Source: a virus
DNA: 64,000 nt
Virus record (IMG/VR): IMGVR_UViG_3300007735_000794
Coordinates: 34,069 to 98,068 of that record
Reading direction: 5' to 3' (one strand)
Positions 36,567-47,794 of the stretch are shown here, piece by piece. Below the pieces are notes generated by a model. It was not told where the DNA came from and did not search any database. It was given only the letters and a program-made list of their open reading frames with translations. The first letter of the stretch is position 1. Each line of letters starts with the position of its first letter. The translations under genes were made by a program, and so were the position numbers.

Positions 36567-38417
36567 ATGACATCACACAATATTAAGAAGAATCTATTGC
36601 AAAAGAAAGATAGATCATACTTGAATAAAGACTTTAATGCATTTAAAGCAGAGCTGCTTCGTTATGCAAAAACTTATTTTCCCGACCAGATACAAGATTT
36701 TAGCGATGGTTCACTCGGCGGTATGTTTAATGATTTGACTTCGTATGTTGGCGATGTAATGTCATTTTATCTTGATCACCAGTTTAACGAATTGAATCTT
36801 GAAACTGCAGTTGAGCCAACAAATATTGAACGTCAAATAAGGCTTGCAGGCGTAAAGATAACTGGCGCTGCACCATCGATCTGCGAAGTTAACTTCTATA
36901 TCAAAGTTGAAGCAGAATTATCATCAGGCGTTTATCAACCAAAATCATCATATCTTCCAATCATCAAAACAAGAACAAAATTACAGTCTAATAACGGGAC
37001 AGTATTTGAATTGTTAGATGATATTGATTTTTCAGAAACAGATACATCAGGAAAGCTGCTAGCATCAATAAGCGTTCTAACGCAAGACGCCTCAGGAAAT
37101 CCAACAACATACTCACTTATGCGTAAAGGATTGTGCACGTCTGGTGAAACAATAGAAGAAAAAGTAGTTATTCCAAACACATTTCTACCATTTAGAACAA
37201 TAACATTAGCAAAAAGCAACGTGTCAGAAATCTTAAGCGTCGTTGACACTGATTTAAACGAGTATTATGAAGTTGCATCATTAATCAATGATGTCGTTTT
37301 TAAAAAGATAGAAAACACAACAAAAGATGCATCAACTGTGCCAGAAAAGTTAATCATTGTTCCTGCACCATATAGGTATGTTACAAAAACGACAGCGAAT
37401 ACAGCAATTACATCGCTTGTATTCGGCTCTGGAAGAGCAGATTCACTTGACGATGATATAATTCCAGATCCAAGCGAACTTGCATTGCCACTTTACGGAG
37501 ACAGAAAGACATTTAGAAGAGTTGCGATAGATCCAAATTCATTGTTACAAACAAAAAGTTTGGGTGTTTCACCCGTTAATACAACATTAACAATCAATTA
37601 CCGCGCTGGCGGTGGTCTGACACACAATGTTTCATCAAACTCGATACGATCAATCATTTCATTGAACACAAAATTCAATCAATCAGTTCCGTCGTCAAAG
37701 ATTGCGCAAATTAGAGCTTCGTTAGAAGTCAAAAATGAAAAAAGTGCACAAGGTGGAGAAAATATTCCATCGCTCAATGAGTTAAGAGCAATTGCATTAA
37801 ATTACAAAAATGCACAATCAAGAATTGTGACGAAGTCAGATCTTATTTCTCGAATCTATTCAATGCCGCCAAACTTTGGGCGTGTCTATCGAGTCGGGAC
37901 AGCGCCCAATCCAACAAATCCACTATCAACAATTTTATACATCATAAGCAGAGATATCGATGGCTATTTGACAATTTCACCTGACACATTGAAAATCAAT
38001 CTTGCAAAATACCTAAACGAATTTAGGCTCACATCAGACGCATATGACATACTTGACGCGCCCATAGTCAATTACAAATTTACGTATAGCGTTGCTTTAT
38101 CAGACAATGTTGACAAAACAACGACATTACAAACAATAAATAAAAAAATCGCTGAGTATCTCGACACAAAGAATTTTCAAATAGATCAACCCATAGTCGT
38201 AAGTGATATATTGAATATCATACTTAATCAATATGGCGTCATATCTTTAGAAAAGACAAAATTTACAAATTTATCGGGAACTGTTAGTGATAGAATATAT
38301 TCAAATACAACATATAATCTTGAAACAAACACACAAAAAGGGATAGTACGACCTCCAGTCGGCGGCATATTCGAATTAAAATATCAAGATTATGATATAA
38401 TAGGAAGTGCAGTCTAA
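36567..38417 (+). CDS. Baseplate wedge subunit, T4 gp6-like
   Basis: YLNKDF, YVGDVMSFYLD.Q, FGSG, YRAGGG..HN, AQSRIVTKSD. Confidence 0.88.
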   Translation: MTSHNIKKNLLQKKDRSYLNKDFNAFKAELLRYAKTYFPDQIQDFSDGSLGGMFNDLTSYVGDVMSFYLDHQFNELNLETAVEPTNIERQIRLAGVKITGAAPSICEVNFYIKVEAELSSGVYQPKSSYLPIIKTRTKLQSNNGTVFELLDDIDFSETDTSGKLLASISVLTQDASGNPTTYSLMRKGLCTSGETIEEKVVIPNTFLPFRTITLAKSNVSEILSVVDTDLNEYYEVASLINDVVFKKIENTTKDASTVPEKLIIVPAPYRYVTKTTANTAITSLVFGSGRADSLDDDIIPDPSELALPLYGDRKTFRRVAIDPNSLLQTKSLGVSPVNTTLTINYRAGGGLTHNVSSNSIRSIISLNTKFNQSVPSSKIAQIRASLEVKNEKSAQGGENIPSLNELRAIALNYKNAQSRIVTKSDLISRIYSMPPNFGRVYRVGTAPNPTNPLSTILYIISRDIDGYLTISPDTLKINLAKYLNEFRLTSDAYDILDAPIVNYKFTYSVALSDNVDKTTTLQTINKKIAEYLDTKNFQIDQPIVVSDILNIILNQYGVISLEKTKFTNLSGTVSDRIYSNTTYNLETNTQKGIVRPPVGGIFELKYQDYDIIGSAV

Positions 38418-39919
38418 TGTATAAAATCCTACAAGCTGATAAAGACTCTTACATTACAAACAAAATCGTAGGACGCTTGCGATCAACTGACGCGAATGTT
38501 GGGCAAGCAGGCACTATTGATATTTTTAAGCTTTATGATGAAAATGTAATTTCTGGTGAAACATACCCAATTGAATTGTCGAGAGGATTAATTCATTTTA
38601 ATCTTGACGGGATTAAAAATATGACGTCGTCAATTCTCGATATTAACAACTCATCATTTAAATGTATTTTAAAACTTCATGACGTTTATGGCGGTGAAAC
38701 AACGCCCACAAATTTTACAATCGCAGTATACCCGTTATCAAAATCATTTGATGAAGGCGGCGGAAAAGACGTTATAAAATTTGAAGATCTTGATGTCACA
38801 AACTTTGTAACTGCTTCATCGATAATAACGCCCATTACGTGGTCTGCAACAGGCGCTAACGCAGCAGGGTTACTAGGAAGCAGCGACATAGATATCATCG
38901 CATCAGGAAATCTAAACGATGGATACGGACTTGTCAATTTGTTTGTTACACAGTCATTTTCTACAGGAATAGAAGATTTAGAAGTTGATGTGACAAAAAT
39001 AATATCAGGCACACTAACAAATCAAATACCTGACTGCGGATTTAGAATTTCATTTATAGATTCACAAGAAACAGATTCAAAAACACGATTTGTCAAAAGA
39101 TTTGCGTCAAAAAATACGACAAATACATCAAAGCGACCAAAGCTAATTGTATCATTTGATGATACAATACAAGACGATCACAGACGAGTAATTTTTAACA
39201 ACACGGGTTCGTTATTTCTTAACAATTATGCAAGAGGTTATGCATCAAATATACTTTCTGGTGCTGCAGCGACTCAATTGTCAGGTGCAAATTGCATGAT
39301 TGTTAATGTATTCTCGGGAGCTTTTAATAAAACATTCTATGCATCGCAACATAGAATAGGACAAAATTATCAAACGGGTGTTTACTCATCATCGTTTGCA
39401 ATAAGCTCATTTGAAAATACATTGACAGCTTCTATCGGGACGACGGGCTCAATAAAGTTCAATGAAGTATGGAAATCTGCAGATCAGACCGTTGCATTTT
39501 ATTCTGGCACATTTATTGCTGCATTAAGTGAAATGACAGCATTCAGTCAAACACCTGAGCGATATTTTGTCACATTGACAAATATGAAGACAGAATATCA
39601 CCAGACAGACAAATATCGTTTTAGAATGTTTATTGAGAACTTTAACTCAAATGTAACATTTACAAAGCTGCCAATTGAAAACACAGGTGTAATAGTCGAT
39701 GAATGTTATTATAGAGTAAGAGACTTTGAAAGCAATGAAGTCATCATACCATTTCATACGCCGGGCACATTAACATCGAATGATTCAACATCACATTATT
39801 TTGATCTTTATATGTCGTCATTGCCGTTAGGAAGAACATATACATTTGACTTTAAGATAGTTAACAAAGGGCTCGAAATCATTATCAATGATGTCGCAGC
39901 AAAATTCAGAGTTGAATAA
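38417..39919 (+). CDS. Putative baseplate or tail structural protein
   Basis: 500 aa, Ser/Thr-rich, in the operon. ADKDSYI...SRGLIHF...RPKL. Confidence 0.6.
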   Translation: MYKILQADKDSYITNKIVGRLRSTDANVGQAGTIDIFKLYDENVISGETYPIELSRGLIHFNLDGIKNMTSSILDINNSSFKCILKLHDVYGGETTPTNFTIAVYPLSKSFDEGGGKDVIKFEDLDVTNFVTASSIITPITWSATGANAAGLLGSSDIDIIASGNLNDGYGLVNLFVTQSFSTGIEDLEVDVTKIISGTLTNQIPDCGFRISFIDSQETDSKTRFVKRFASKNTTNTSKRPKLIVSFDDTIQDDHRRVIFNNTGSLFLNNYARGYASNILSGAAATQLSGANCMIVNVFSGAFNKTFYASQHRIGQNYQTGVYSSSFAISSFENTLTASIGTTGSIKFNEVWKSADQTVAFYSGTFIAALSEMTAFSQTPERYFVTLTNMKTEYHQTDKYRFRMFIENFNSNVTFTKLPIENTGVIVDECYYRVRDFESNEVIIPFHTPGTLTSNDSTSHYFDLYMSSLPLGRTYTFDFKIVNKGLEIIINDVAAKFRVE

Positions 39920-42900
39920 TGCGATCAAAGACAGGTAAAAGACCCAGCTTCGGTTCAAGCGATAGTGCTATAACTAAGGGCGCAGTTTTCAAGAATATAA
40001 AAAACGCAGACATAAGTCATATCAATACGATTAACACGTCGTCATTTAGATATGATCCTGCAGGGACAGGAATAAAATCAACGCAAGAAATTCCAGTTGA
40101 TTATTCTGATTTTGCAAATCATGTATTCTTTAATTCAGCAAGATCAAAAGTTGATGTTGCATTTGACACAATCATAAACAACTTTCCATACGATTCAAAG
40201 CGCTCAGAAATAGAAGATTTTTTAGATGGATTGACGGGATTTGAAAGATATGTGTATGATTCATTTCCAAAAAATGTTGGATATTTGAATTTTAGCGGTA
40301 GCACACAAACATTGCCCGCAGAAGGAACTTACATCATTGTTAATGACGCAAAGTCAATTAATTTTCCGCAACTAAATAGCGTAGACTGCGGCGTCGCTGT
40401 GCTTGATCCGCTTACTTCTTCATTTTCATTTGACACATTTGTTAAGATACCTGCGCAAATAAATGATAACCAAGTTATAACACAAAGAAATTCAACAAGC
40501 GCAGCAGTTACATTAGCAATTTCATCATCAAATTCAACAACCGCATGCAATGTATTAATGCTCGTGTCATCTGCATCAGACGCATATGTTGTAGCATCTG
40601 GATCAATTCTAAAAGATTCATGGGTTCATATTACAGCGCAGATTGAAGAAGAGAATGGTGCAAAAAGAGCTGCAATATATTTGAATGGCAGCTGTTCGTA
40701 TGTATCAAGTGATAAACAAGATTTTGGTACACTTAATTTCAATGGTCAACCTCTATTAATCGGCTCTGGAACGACGCATACAATTCTTGATTATTCATTC
40801 GCGCCAAAAACAACTTACTCTGGATCAATAGATGAATTCAGATACTTTAACACACAAAGAACATTACAGCAAATAAATTCGTACGACACAAGAGAGATTT
40901 ATTCAAATAGCGGATCGTTAGTCGCTTATTTCAAATTTAATGAACCTTCTGGATCATACAGAGGAAACAATGTTGTTTTAGATAGCTCGGGAAATAAGCT
41001 ACATTCTTATATCACGTTCTTTTCTTCGTCGCTTAGAGTTACAGGTTCATCGCCGCTTGTCAATGAAGATGTTTCATTGAATCCTATTCTTTTTGCAAAT
41101 CATAGCGATATAACTACGCTGAATGAAACACTCTTAGACGACGCATCAGCATATGACAATGATAATCCAAACTTTATCATAAAATTAATCCCGCAACATT
41201 ACCTAACACAGGGAGCGCAAGCCTCAGGATTCAAAAATATTGATCAAAATATTGGAAATCCTTATACAGCAACGTCAATACCTGGGACTGGCGTCTTACA
41301 AAAGCCACAAACAATCATCTCATTTTTGTTATTATACGCAAAATTCTTCGATGAAATAAAAATGTTGCTTGATTACTTTACGCATGTAAATTACGTGGAA
41401 CTCGATGATGCTGAATCAGCAATAGATAAATTTTTGCCATTTGTTGCAGATTATTACGGTATTGATTTACCCAATTTCTTTTCAAACACGACACCAGAAC
41501 AATTTTTTTACGGCAAAAATTTATCAAACGATTACAGCATTAGCACGCAGTCGTTAAAAGAAGTTCGTTATCAAATTTGGCGTCGAATTCTTGGCAATTT
41601 TACAGAATTAGTTCAATCAAAAGGAACAAGATCGTCAATCAAAGGCGCGATTCTAGCAACTGGCATAATACCAGAAAACTTCTTTAATATTCGTGAATAC
41701 GGTGGCCCAACAACACGAAATTTGTCAACATTGCGTCAACAAACTCAAGAAACATCTCAAATGCTAGATATGTCTGGATCTAGCGCTGTTATAGTACCTG
41801 TCATAAATGGTAGATTCTTTGCACGATTCCCACATATTATTTCACCATTCTTGTCATCGTCAAGAACAGAGCCGGGATACCCAATAATCTCAGGCACTTT
41901 TATTCAAACTGGAAGCAATTACATCTCAAATTGTAAATCTGACGGATTGCTAACATCGGGATCATTCACAATTGAGAATACTGTTAAGTTTAATACAACA
42001 ACGCAGCATAGCAATACGCAAAGTATTGTTAGACTTAACACGACAGGATCACAAATGCCGTGTAGAACGATGTCTTGCATATTAAATTTAACATACAATC
42101 ATGATTCTACTGTTGAAAGTGGAAGCATAAATTTGAAAGTCAGACCTAGCAAGTCAACAGTCTCACCTATTCTTGATCTAAACCTGACGGGTGTTAATTT
42201 GTTCAATGGCGAAAAGTGGTATGTTTCTTGCGGTCGTGTAAGAAATGATTTAACTTCTTCGCTTTCTTCATCGTATTTTATTCATGCAGGTTATAACGAA
42301 GATCAAACGTCATTTACATATTTTACTACGTCATCATTTTTTAATGAAAACGTCGGCGCTTCGGGTGAGAACATGTTTGAAGCACTCGATGATGATTACA
42401 ACGCATCAGGATCATTCATAACAATCGGATCACAAAGCTATACTGTTACGGGTTCATTATTCTTAAACGTAAGCGAATCATTTACACAAACACATTTTGA
42501 CGGTTTAATGTCGCAATTTAGATTTTGGTCAAAAGCAACAAACGAAGATGAAGCAAAAGAACATATAAGAAACTTCAGATCGCTCGGCGTAATCAATCCA
42601 CAAGATAATTTCAATTTTATCAAAAATACATCGGGATCATTTGAGCGATTAAGAATCGATGCAAATATCGATCAAGCAACAACAAGCTCAGATGCGCTCG
42701 GTAACATAACAATATTCGATTTTTCACAGAACAATATGCATTTGTCAGGGTCTGGTTTTGAATTCAGTAAGAAGATATTAAAAAATGAATTGTTCGTGAT
42801 TAATAGAATTTCACCAAATTTCGATTTACTACAGACAGATGACAAAGTAAGAGTTCGTAGCTTACTTGATACAAGCAATTCAAGTACATATACAGCGCAG

Positions 42901-43368
42901 GCGCCACTTAATACTTTAGGACAAGACGTAGAAATAAATGACGATACAAGATTTTCAATAGAATATTCTGTAGTCAAAGCATTAAATGAAGACATGATTG
43001 GCATGTTTGGGAATACACAAACTCTAGACGAAGCGCTGGGTCAGCAATCATTCTTGTTTGACAGCGAGTATAATGAATTACAAAATCTATCTTACATTTA
43101 TTTTAATAGATTGACAGACAAGATTGACATTAGACGCTATTTAGAATTATTCAAGTGGTTTGACAATTCATTGACAGCGCTTTTAAATCAATTCATTCCA
43201 AGAAAAGTGAATTTTTTGGGTGTCAATTATGTAGTTGAATCGCATATGTTAGAAAGACACAAACACAGATACTTGTATGACAAGCAATATCTTGGAACGC
43301 AAAGAACAAAAGCTGATTTGACAAGCAAACATATTGACGTGCTTACAGGCAGCTTGAGGCGATTTTAA
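39919..43368 (+). CDS. Large baseplate or tail protein with LamG-like domains
   Basis: WVHIT...AIYLNG...LLIG...YSGSIDEFRYF; a second LamG-like unit FDGLMSQFRFW; SKGT...IREYGG. Confidence 0.72.
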   Translation: MRSKTGKRPSFGSSDSAITKGAVFKNIKNADISHINTINTSSFRYDPAGTGIKSTQEIPVDYSDFANHVFFNSARSKVDVAFDTIINNFPYDSKRSEIEDFLDGLTGFERYVYDSFPKNVGYLNFSGSTQTLPAEGTYIIVNDAKSINFPQLNSVDCGVAVLDPLTSSFSFDTFVKIPAQINDNQVITQRNSTSAAVTLAISSSNSTTACNVLMLVSSASDAYVVASGSILKDSWVHITAQIEEENGAKRAAIYLNGSCSYVSSDKQDFGTLNFNGQPLLIGSGTTHTILDYSFAPKTTYSGSIDEFRYFNTQRTLQQINSYDTREIYSNSGSLVAYFKFNEPSGSYRGNNVVLDSSGNKLHSYITFFSSSLRVTGSSPLVNEDVSLNPILFANHSDITTLNETLLDDASAYDNDNPNFIIKLIPQHYLTQGAQASGFKNIDQNIGNPYTATSIPGTGVLQKPQTIISFLLLYAKFFDEIKMLLDYFTHVNYVELDDAESAIDKFLPFVADYYGIDLPNFFSNTTPEQFFYGKNLSNDYSISTQSLKEVRYQIWRRILGNFTELVQSKGTRSSIKGAILATGIIPENFFNIREYGGPTTRNLSTLRQQTQETSQMLDMSGSSAVIVPVINGRFFARFPHIISPFLSSSRTEPGYPIISGTFIQTGSNYISNCKSDGLLTSGSFTIENTVKFNTTTQHSNTQSIVRLNTTGSQMPCRTMSCILNLTYNHDSTVESGSINLKVRPSKSTVSPILDLNLTGVNLFNGEKWYVSCGRVRNDLTSSLSSSYFIHAGYNEDQTSFTYFTTSSFFNENVGASGENMFEALDDDYNASGSFITIGSQSYTVTGSLFLNVSESFTQTHFDGLMSQFRFWSKATNEDEAKEHIRNFRSLGVINPQDNFNFIKNTSGSFERLRIDANIDQATTSSDALGNITIFDFSQNNMHLSGSGFEFSKKILKNELFVINRISPNFDLLQTDDKVRVRSLLDTSNSSTYTAQAPLNTLGQDVEINDDTRFSIEYSVVKALNEDMIGMFGNTQTLDEALGQQSFLFDSEYNELQNLSYIYFNRLTDKIDIRRYLELFKWFDNSLTALLNQFIPRKVNFLGVNYVVESHMLERHKHRYLYDKQYLGTQRTKADLTSKHIDVLTGSLRRF

Positions 43369-44091
43369 ATGACACCTTTCAAAGACACAAGCATTTCTCT
43401 AATTGATGGCGAAGAGCAACAAATCTTGGTCGCGCCAAAAGCTGACACTGTCGCATTTGATTCATATCGACAGGGTAGTGAAGTCACTCTCGTAAATTAT
43501 TTTATGAGATCGACGCTACCTTATATGTCATCAAAAGGTCTAAAAAATAGCACACTCAACACAAGAGTAGTTCCAGAGCTTGAAGCAAATGATCTCGGAC
43601 AAAATATCTTAACAACGCAACAAGTGCCCTTTGAAGATGCATCTGATAGATTGACTGCTGCAGAAATATTAAGCGCAAATGCAACACAAAACTATGATGA
43701 TGAAAGAAATGATGCATTCTCAAATGATGGAAAGATAACTGTTTTTTCTGATGATGGAAAAGTTGAATTGTTTTTGCTTCCTCGATCGCTAAATTCAAAA
43801 GGCTTCAAAGCATCACTAATAGAAATAAGCAGCGAAACATTCAAAAATAGCACAGTACAATCACAATTATTCTATGATTGTGTTGATCAAATAAACACAA
43901 TACCAGTGCAGGGTTATACTGTTAACAATCAAACAACTGACCCATTCAAAGAAAAAGATTTGACAAATGATTTTTATCAAAAAATAGAATATTCATATAT
44001 CGGACAAGATGAAAGAACATATTCACGTGGATGGTCATATGGCACATCAGCAGGAACAGACTCTATTGCATTTGGTGGTTTGTTAAGATGA
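43369..44091 (+). CDS. Putative structural protein
   Basis: 240 aa, ends GTDSIAFGGLLR, in the operon. Confidence 0.55.
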   Translation: MTPFKDTSISLIDGEEQQILVAPKADTVAFDSYRQGSEVTLVNYFMRSTLPYMSSKGLKNSTLNTRVVPELEANDLGQNILTTQQVPFEDASDRLTAAEILSANATQNYDDERNDAFSNDGKITVFSDDGKVELFLLPRSLNSKGFKASLIEISSETFKNSTVQSQLFYDCVDQINTIPVQGYTVNNQTTDPFKEKDLTNDFYQKIEYSYIGQDERTYSRGWSYGTSAGTDSIAFGGLLR

Positions 44092-46508
44092 AATCAAGAA
44101 TTTTAAACATATCACCAAGAACACAATTGCGCGCAGATGACGCAAAAACAGGATCGTATCCTACGATTGATAGATTTTGTGACAATAGAACGACATTTAA
44201 TAACGACAACAAAGTGTTCGATGACGGATCTACGACGCTGTTCAATACACAAACTGTTCTAATGCCGTATAACACGCCGCTAGCGAAAGCAATCACAACA
44301 AACTTCAAGACAGGGTCGATTCAGATTTCGAAGCCTATTACAAAAGGTACACAATTCTTAAAGCAATTTCAAGAAACTGTAATATCTCCATTCGATGAGT
44401 CGCGCAATCCTGCATGGCAATTAACAAGCAGAGAAATAACAGGTTTGAATGAATCTATCTGGCCTGGATTTTCATCATCTATTGCTGACAAACTAGTCAT
44501 ACCAATCGATATCACAGCAGCATCTGAAAGGAAAATTTACAAGATGTCGTCTGCAAGATCAACAAATTCGCAGTTTCCAGAAGGATCGGGATTTGTCTAC
44601 TATAACTTTCAAAGAAAAATGTGGGAAGACATAGGATTAAGGGACCCAATAACAAACACGGCGACAACATATGATTATGTTTTTAATCACGCAGGCGGCT
44701 ACATGCTTCGTGATGTCAATATAAAGAGCTATATGTGTCAATTTACACCTTCGCCATGCGTATCGATATCAACATCCTTATCGTCGACATCTTCGCTTCA
44801 ATCGCTCGGATATGATAAAATTGGTATTCCCACATCATATTTTGATGCACCAAATGCTTCAAGATACCATGCAACATCAAGTCAAACATTAAAATTGTCT
44901 AATTTTATTTCAAAGCCATTCGTATTGGAAAAAATATACGTAGAATTGCCAGTGATTGGAACAAGAACACAAGATGCACAAACGTCTGGACCGCTAAAAT
45001 CGGGTGCTGTTAAAGACATAACAAATCATGTCTTTTTTATGTATCGTCAAAATAGAACAACACCATACAAAGATACGTTAACAGACATATCGTCAAGCAT
45101 TAGATCGCTTGTAGCGAATGAATCATTTTGCTTTTTTAATTCATCATCGATCAATGGCGGAAACAACCCAATTCACTCGGCAATTCAGCGATTTGAACAT
45201 GGGCAAGACTTAAATACTGCATCAGTATCATCTGTGACGGGTAGCTTGAAATTTACATTCAGACCGCGTGTTTACAATCAGTTGATAAACGCAGTATCGA
45301 TGTATCCTGCTGAGAGTTCATTTGGAACAAATCAAAAAATGATCGGCATACAGCACTATTGGGCCGGAGGCTCAAAAGGAACGATGATAGAAAACGGAAA
45401 AGCAAACTATAGCGTTTCAAGTGATACAGACATTGTAAATTACAACACACAAGTAAAAAATGATGTAACATCATCAGAAAATCCGAGAATTCTTGCGACT
45501 GCAGTTGCAGACCCACGTCCATTTAAATCTTCGTTCTGGAAAGCAAATAATCAAGTAAAGACAAATACATTCTTTACGGGCTCTGGCACATTCAATGTTG
45601 GAGTAACAACAGACACTATAGATTATTATAGAGAAACGCCCTACATTTTGTTTCCAGATGACGAGTTGATCTTTGGACTTGACTGTGGGTTTATGACGCT
45701 TATATCGTCATCATATGATACAGCATCATTTGCAAGTACACATGCTATTCGTGGGCAAGATAATTCATTTTTGAATATAACTGGCTCGTATTTGACAATT
45801 CCCGCTACAAATGCAAGAATCTTGTTGTATGGCTCAACTATAAAAATGGGTGCAGAAAAACTCCCAATCTTAAACCAAAAATTAACGTCAAATGCAATTC
45901 ATGAAACAATCCACGAAGAAATTACAGATACATATGACACACATGAAAGAATACTAAATTCGGGCTCATATCTTGATAATTGGATGAGAGGATCGATTCT
46001 TGAAGGAAATGCAAGAAGAATAAAATGTGATGTAAGCAGTTCAGCATATCCATTTCGTAGATTCAATAGATTCGTAACAATGAGATGTTTTTCTGAGCGC
46101 GCAGTTTCATTGACATATACGCATTTTACGTCTGTCTTCAATAGAAATCATTTCGGGCATTCGAGAGATATGCTAGAGCAACGAAAAGATTCGAAATCAA
46201 TCAACTACAGTTATGTTGAGAAAGGAACAAATCAAATCAACTTTAACAAAATTACGTCAACAGTGGCAGTGTCAAGTCCCGCAGTTTGTAAATTTGTTTC
46301 ACAATCATCTGATCTTGTTATTTCTGCAAGTGATACAAGATCTTGTAATCTAAGCACAGAGTTCACATGCTCATTACCATTCTTTGATGGCATTGCAATG
46401 AACAGATCAGAAATTTCATTCAATGCAAATTCACCATTCGCGCCTCAGACTGCAGTTCTTAATAAAGCATCTTCACTTTTGTCTTCGACACAAAATAACA
46501 ATAGATAA
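44088..46508 (+). CDS. Putative structural protein
   Basis: About 806 aa, Ser/Thr-rich, ATGA overlap with the upstream gene. Confidence 0.6.
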   Translation: MKSRILNISPRTQLRADDAKTGSYPTIDRFCDNRTTFNNDNKVFDDGSTTLFNTQTVLMPYNTPLAKAITTNFKTGSIQISKPITKGTQFLKQFQETVISPFDESRNPAWQLTSREITGLNESIWPGFSSSIADKLVIPIDITAASERKIYKMSSARSTNSQFPEGSGFVYYNFQRKMWEDIGLRDPITNTATTYDYVFNHAGGYMLRDVNIKSYMCQFTPSPCVSISTSLSSTSSLQSLGYDKIGIPTSYFDAPNASRYHATSSQTLKLSNFISKPFVLEKIYVELPVIGTRTQDAQTSGPLKSGAVKDITNHVFFMYRQNRTTPYKDTLTDISSSIRSLVANESFCFFNSSSINGGNNPIHSAIQRFEHGQDLNTASVSSVTGSLKFTFRPRVYNQLINAVSMYPAESSFGTNQKMIGIQHYWAGGSKGTMIENGKANYSVSSDTDIVNYNTQVKNDVTSSENPRILATAVADPRPFKSSFWKANNQVKTNTFFTGSGTFNVGVTTDTIDYYRETPYILFPDDELIFGLDCGFMTLISSSYDTASFASTHAIRGQDNSFLNITGSYLTIPATNARILLYGSTIKMGAEKLPILNQKLTSNAIHETIHEEITDTYDTHERILNSGSYLDNWMRGSILEGNARRIKCDVSSSAYPFRRFNRFVTMRCFSERAVSLTYTHFTSVFNRNHFGHSRDMLEQRKDSKSINYSYVEKGTNQINFNKITSTVAVSSPAVCKFVSQSSDLVISASDTRSCNLSTEFTCSLPFFDGIAMNRSEISFNANSPFAPQTAVLNKASSLLSSTQNNNR

Positions 46509-46511
46509 TTA
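46505..46511 (+). promoter_or_regulatory. Putative late promoter ATAATTA
   Basis: 5 nt before the ATG at 46517. Confidence 0.5.
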
Positions 46512-46516
46512 AAGAT

Positions 46517-46783
46517 ATGCTGCTTTCACATTCAAAATTGTCTCGATTGATTCGCGAAGTTCTCACATTAAACAATGAAATGTTATCTGCGATTATTGCA
46601 AATTTGTATGAGATCGCAGGTTATCACAACACAAAAAAAGATTTACTAGAAGATAAAGATTTCATTGCGCAACTAGCACAATCATCAAAAATAGCTTCGC
46701 AAATGAGCGAAAGCGAATTTGGCAATCTTATCAACAGCACATTCGAACAATACGATCTAAAAGAGCCAAATGATGCTGAGTGA
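46517..46783 (+). CDS. Small protein with capsid-targeting-like leader
   Basis: MLLSHSKLSRLIREVL. Confidence 0.65.
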   Translation: MLLSHSKLSRLIREVLTLNNEMLSAIIANLYEIAGYHNTKKDLLEDKDFIAQLAQSSKIASQMSESEFGNLINSTFEQYDLKEPNDAE

Positions 46784-46826
46784 GCTAGCGATGATGACTA
46801 GCTTAAACGAGAAATAAGAGGGATAA

Positions 46827-47792
46827 ATGTCTGGTATATTAAACAAAAAGACAAGAATCATGGACGTCATAATGACGCAAGAAGGTAAGCGCCAACTTGC
46901 AGCAGGTGATTTTCAAGTAAAATATGCTTCATTTACAGATGGCGGAACATTTTATGACAAAACCTCAATTTCGGGCTCATATGACGAAGCACAAGATAGA
47001 TTGTATTTTGAGGCATGCAGCTATCCATTCGATTCGATAACAATAGAAGCGAATGATCACGGAAATGTTCTATCACAGAACATAAGCGTCAATAACGACG
47101 GATCAAGAATAATCGTAGCAGATGGAAAAATTCTAATTGCAAGTAGCAGCAGAAATCCCATCATTAATAACGCTGCATCAGACTCATCTTATGCGTCATT
47201 TGTCAATGAAATCATTAAAAGTACAACATCAAACTTCAAAAAACAAAGAATCATTGCATCACGAGATCCGCTTGATGACTCAGATGAGTTTTTATTGTCA
47301 ACAGGCTCAATTAGCTTAACATATGGAAATAGTGGGCCAATCGTGGGAGAAGAACTTATACCTCGTCTTGATCAAGCACCCTCGCTTTTCACACACAAAC
47401 GCTTTTCAAATTCGTTAAATTTTCAATATTTGCCACCTATTGTGAATACACGCACGGGATCAATACAGCTGGGCAAGTACACAGATATAAAAACAACTGA
47501 AAGTTACACATTTGAAGATTTGATGACTGATCTTAGCGGGTCGACTACGGGAATTAAAAAACCACACAAGACAATAAACTTTGATATAACAACTACAACG
47601 AATGATATTACAATTCAAGCATTTGAAACAAACAGCGAGTATCTTAAAAAGCTTGACGTTGTTGACTTTGGCGAATTTAAATCTAATAGCAATACATCTT
47701 CAAATTCAAGAGTTCTTTTTTTGGGAAAGGTTTTTGTAGATAAGTATAAAACGCCAACGTTTGCAAATATATTCACAATTGTTTTGGAGTAA
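46827..47792 (+). CDS. Putative baseplate or tail-collar protein
   Basis: DVIMTQEGKRQLAAGDF, shared with 54945. AGAGGG SD. Confidence 0.6.
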   Translation: MSGILNKKTRIMDVIMTQEGKRQLAAGDFQVKYASFTDGGTFYDKTSISGSYDEAQDRLYFEACSYPFDSITIEANDHGNVLSQNISVNNDGSRIIVADGKILIASSSRNPIINNAASDSSYASFVNEIIKSTTSNFKKQRIIASRDPLDDSDEFLLSTGSISLTYGNSGPIVGEELIPRLDQAPSLFTHKRFSNSLNFQYLPPIVNTRTGSIQLGKYTDIKTTESYTFEDLMTDLSGSTTGIKKPHKTINFDITTTTNDITIQAFETNSEYLKKLDVVDFGEFKSNSNTSSNSRVLFLGKVFVDKYKTPTFANIFTIVLE

Positions 47793-47794
47793 AG

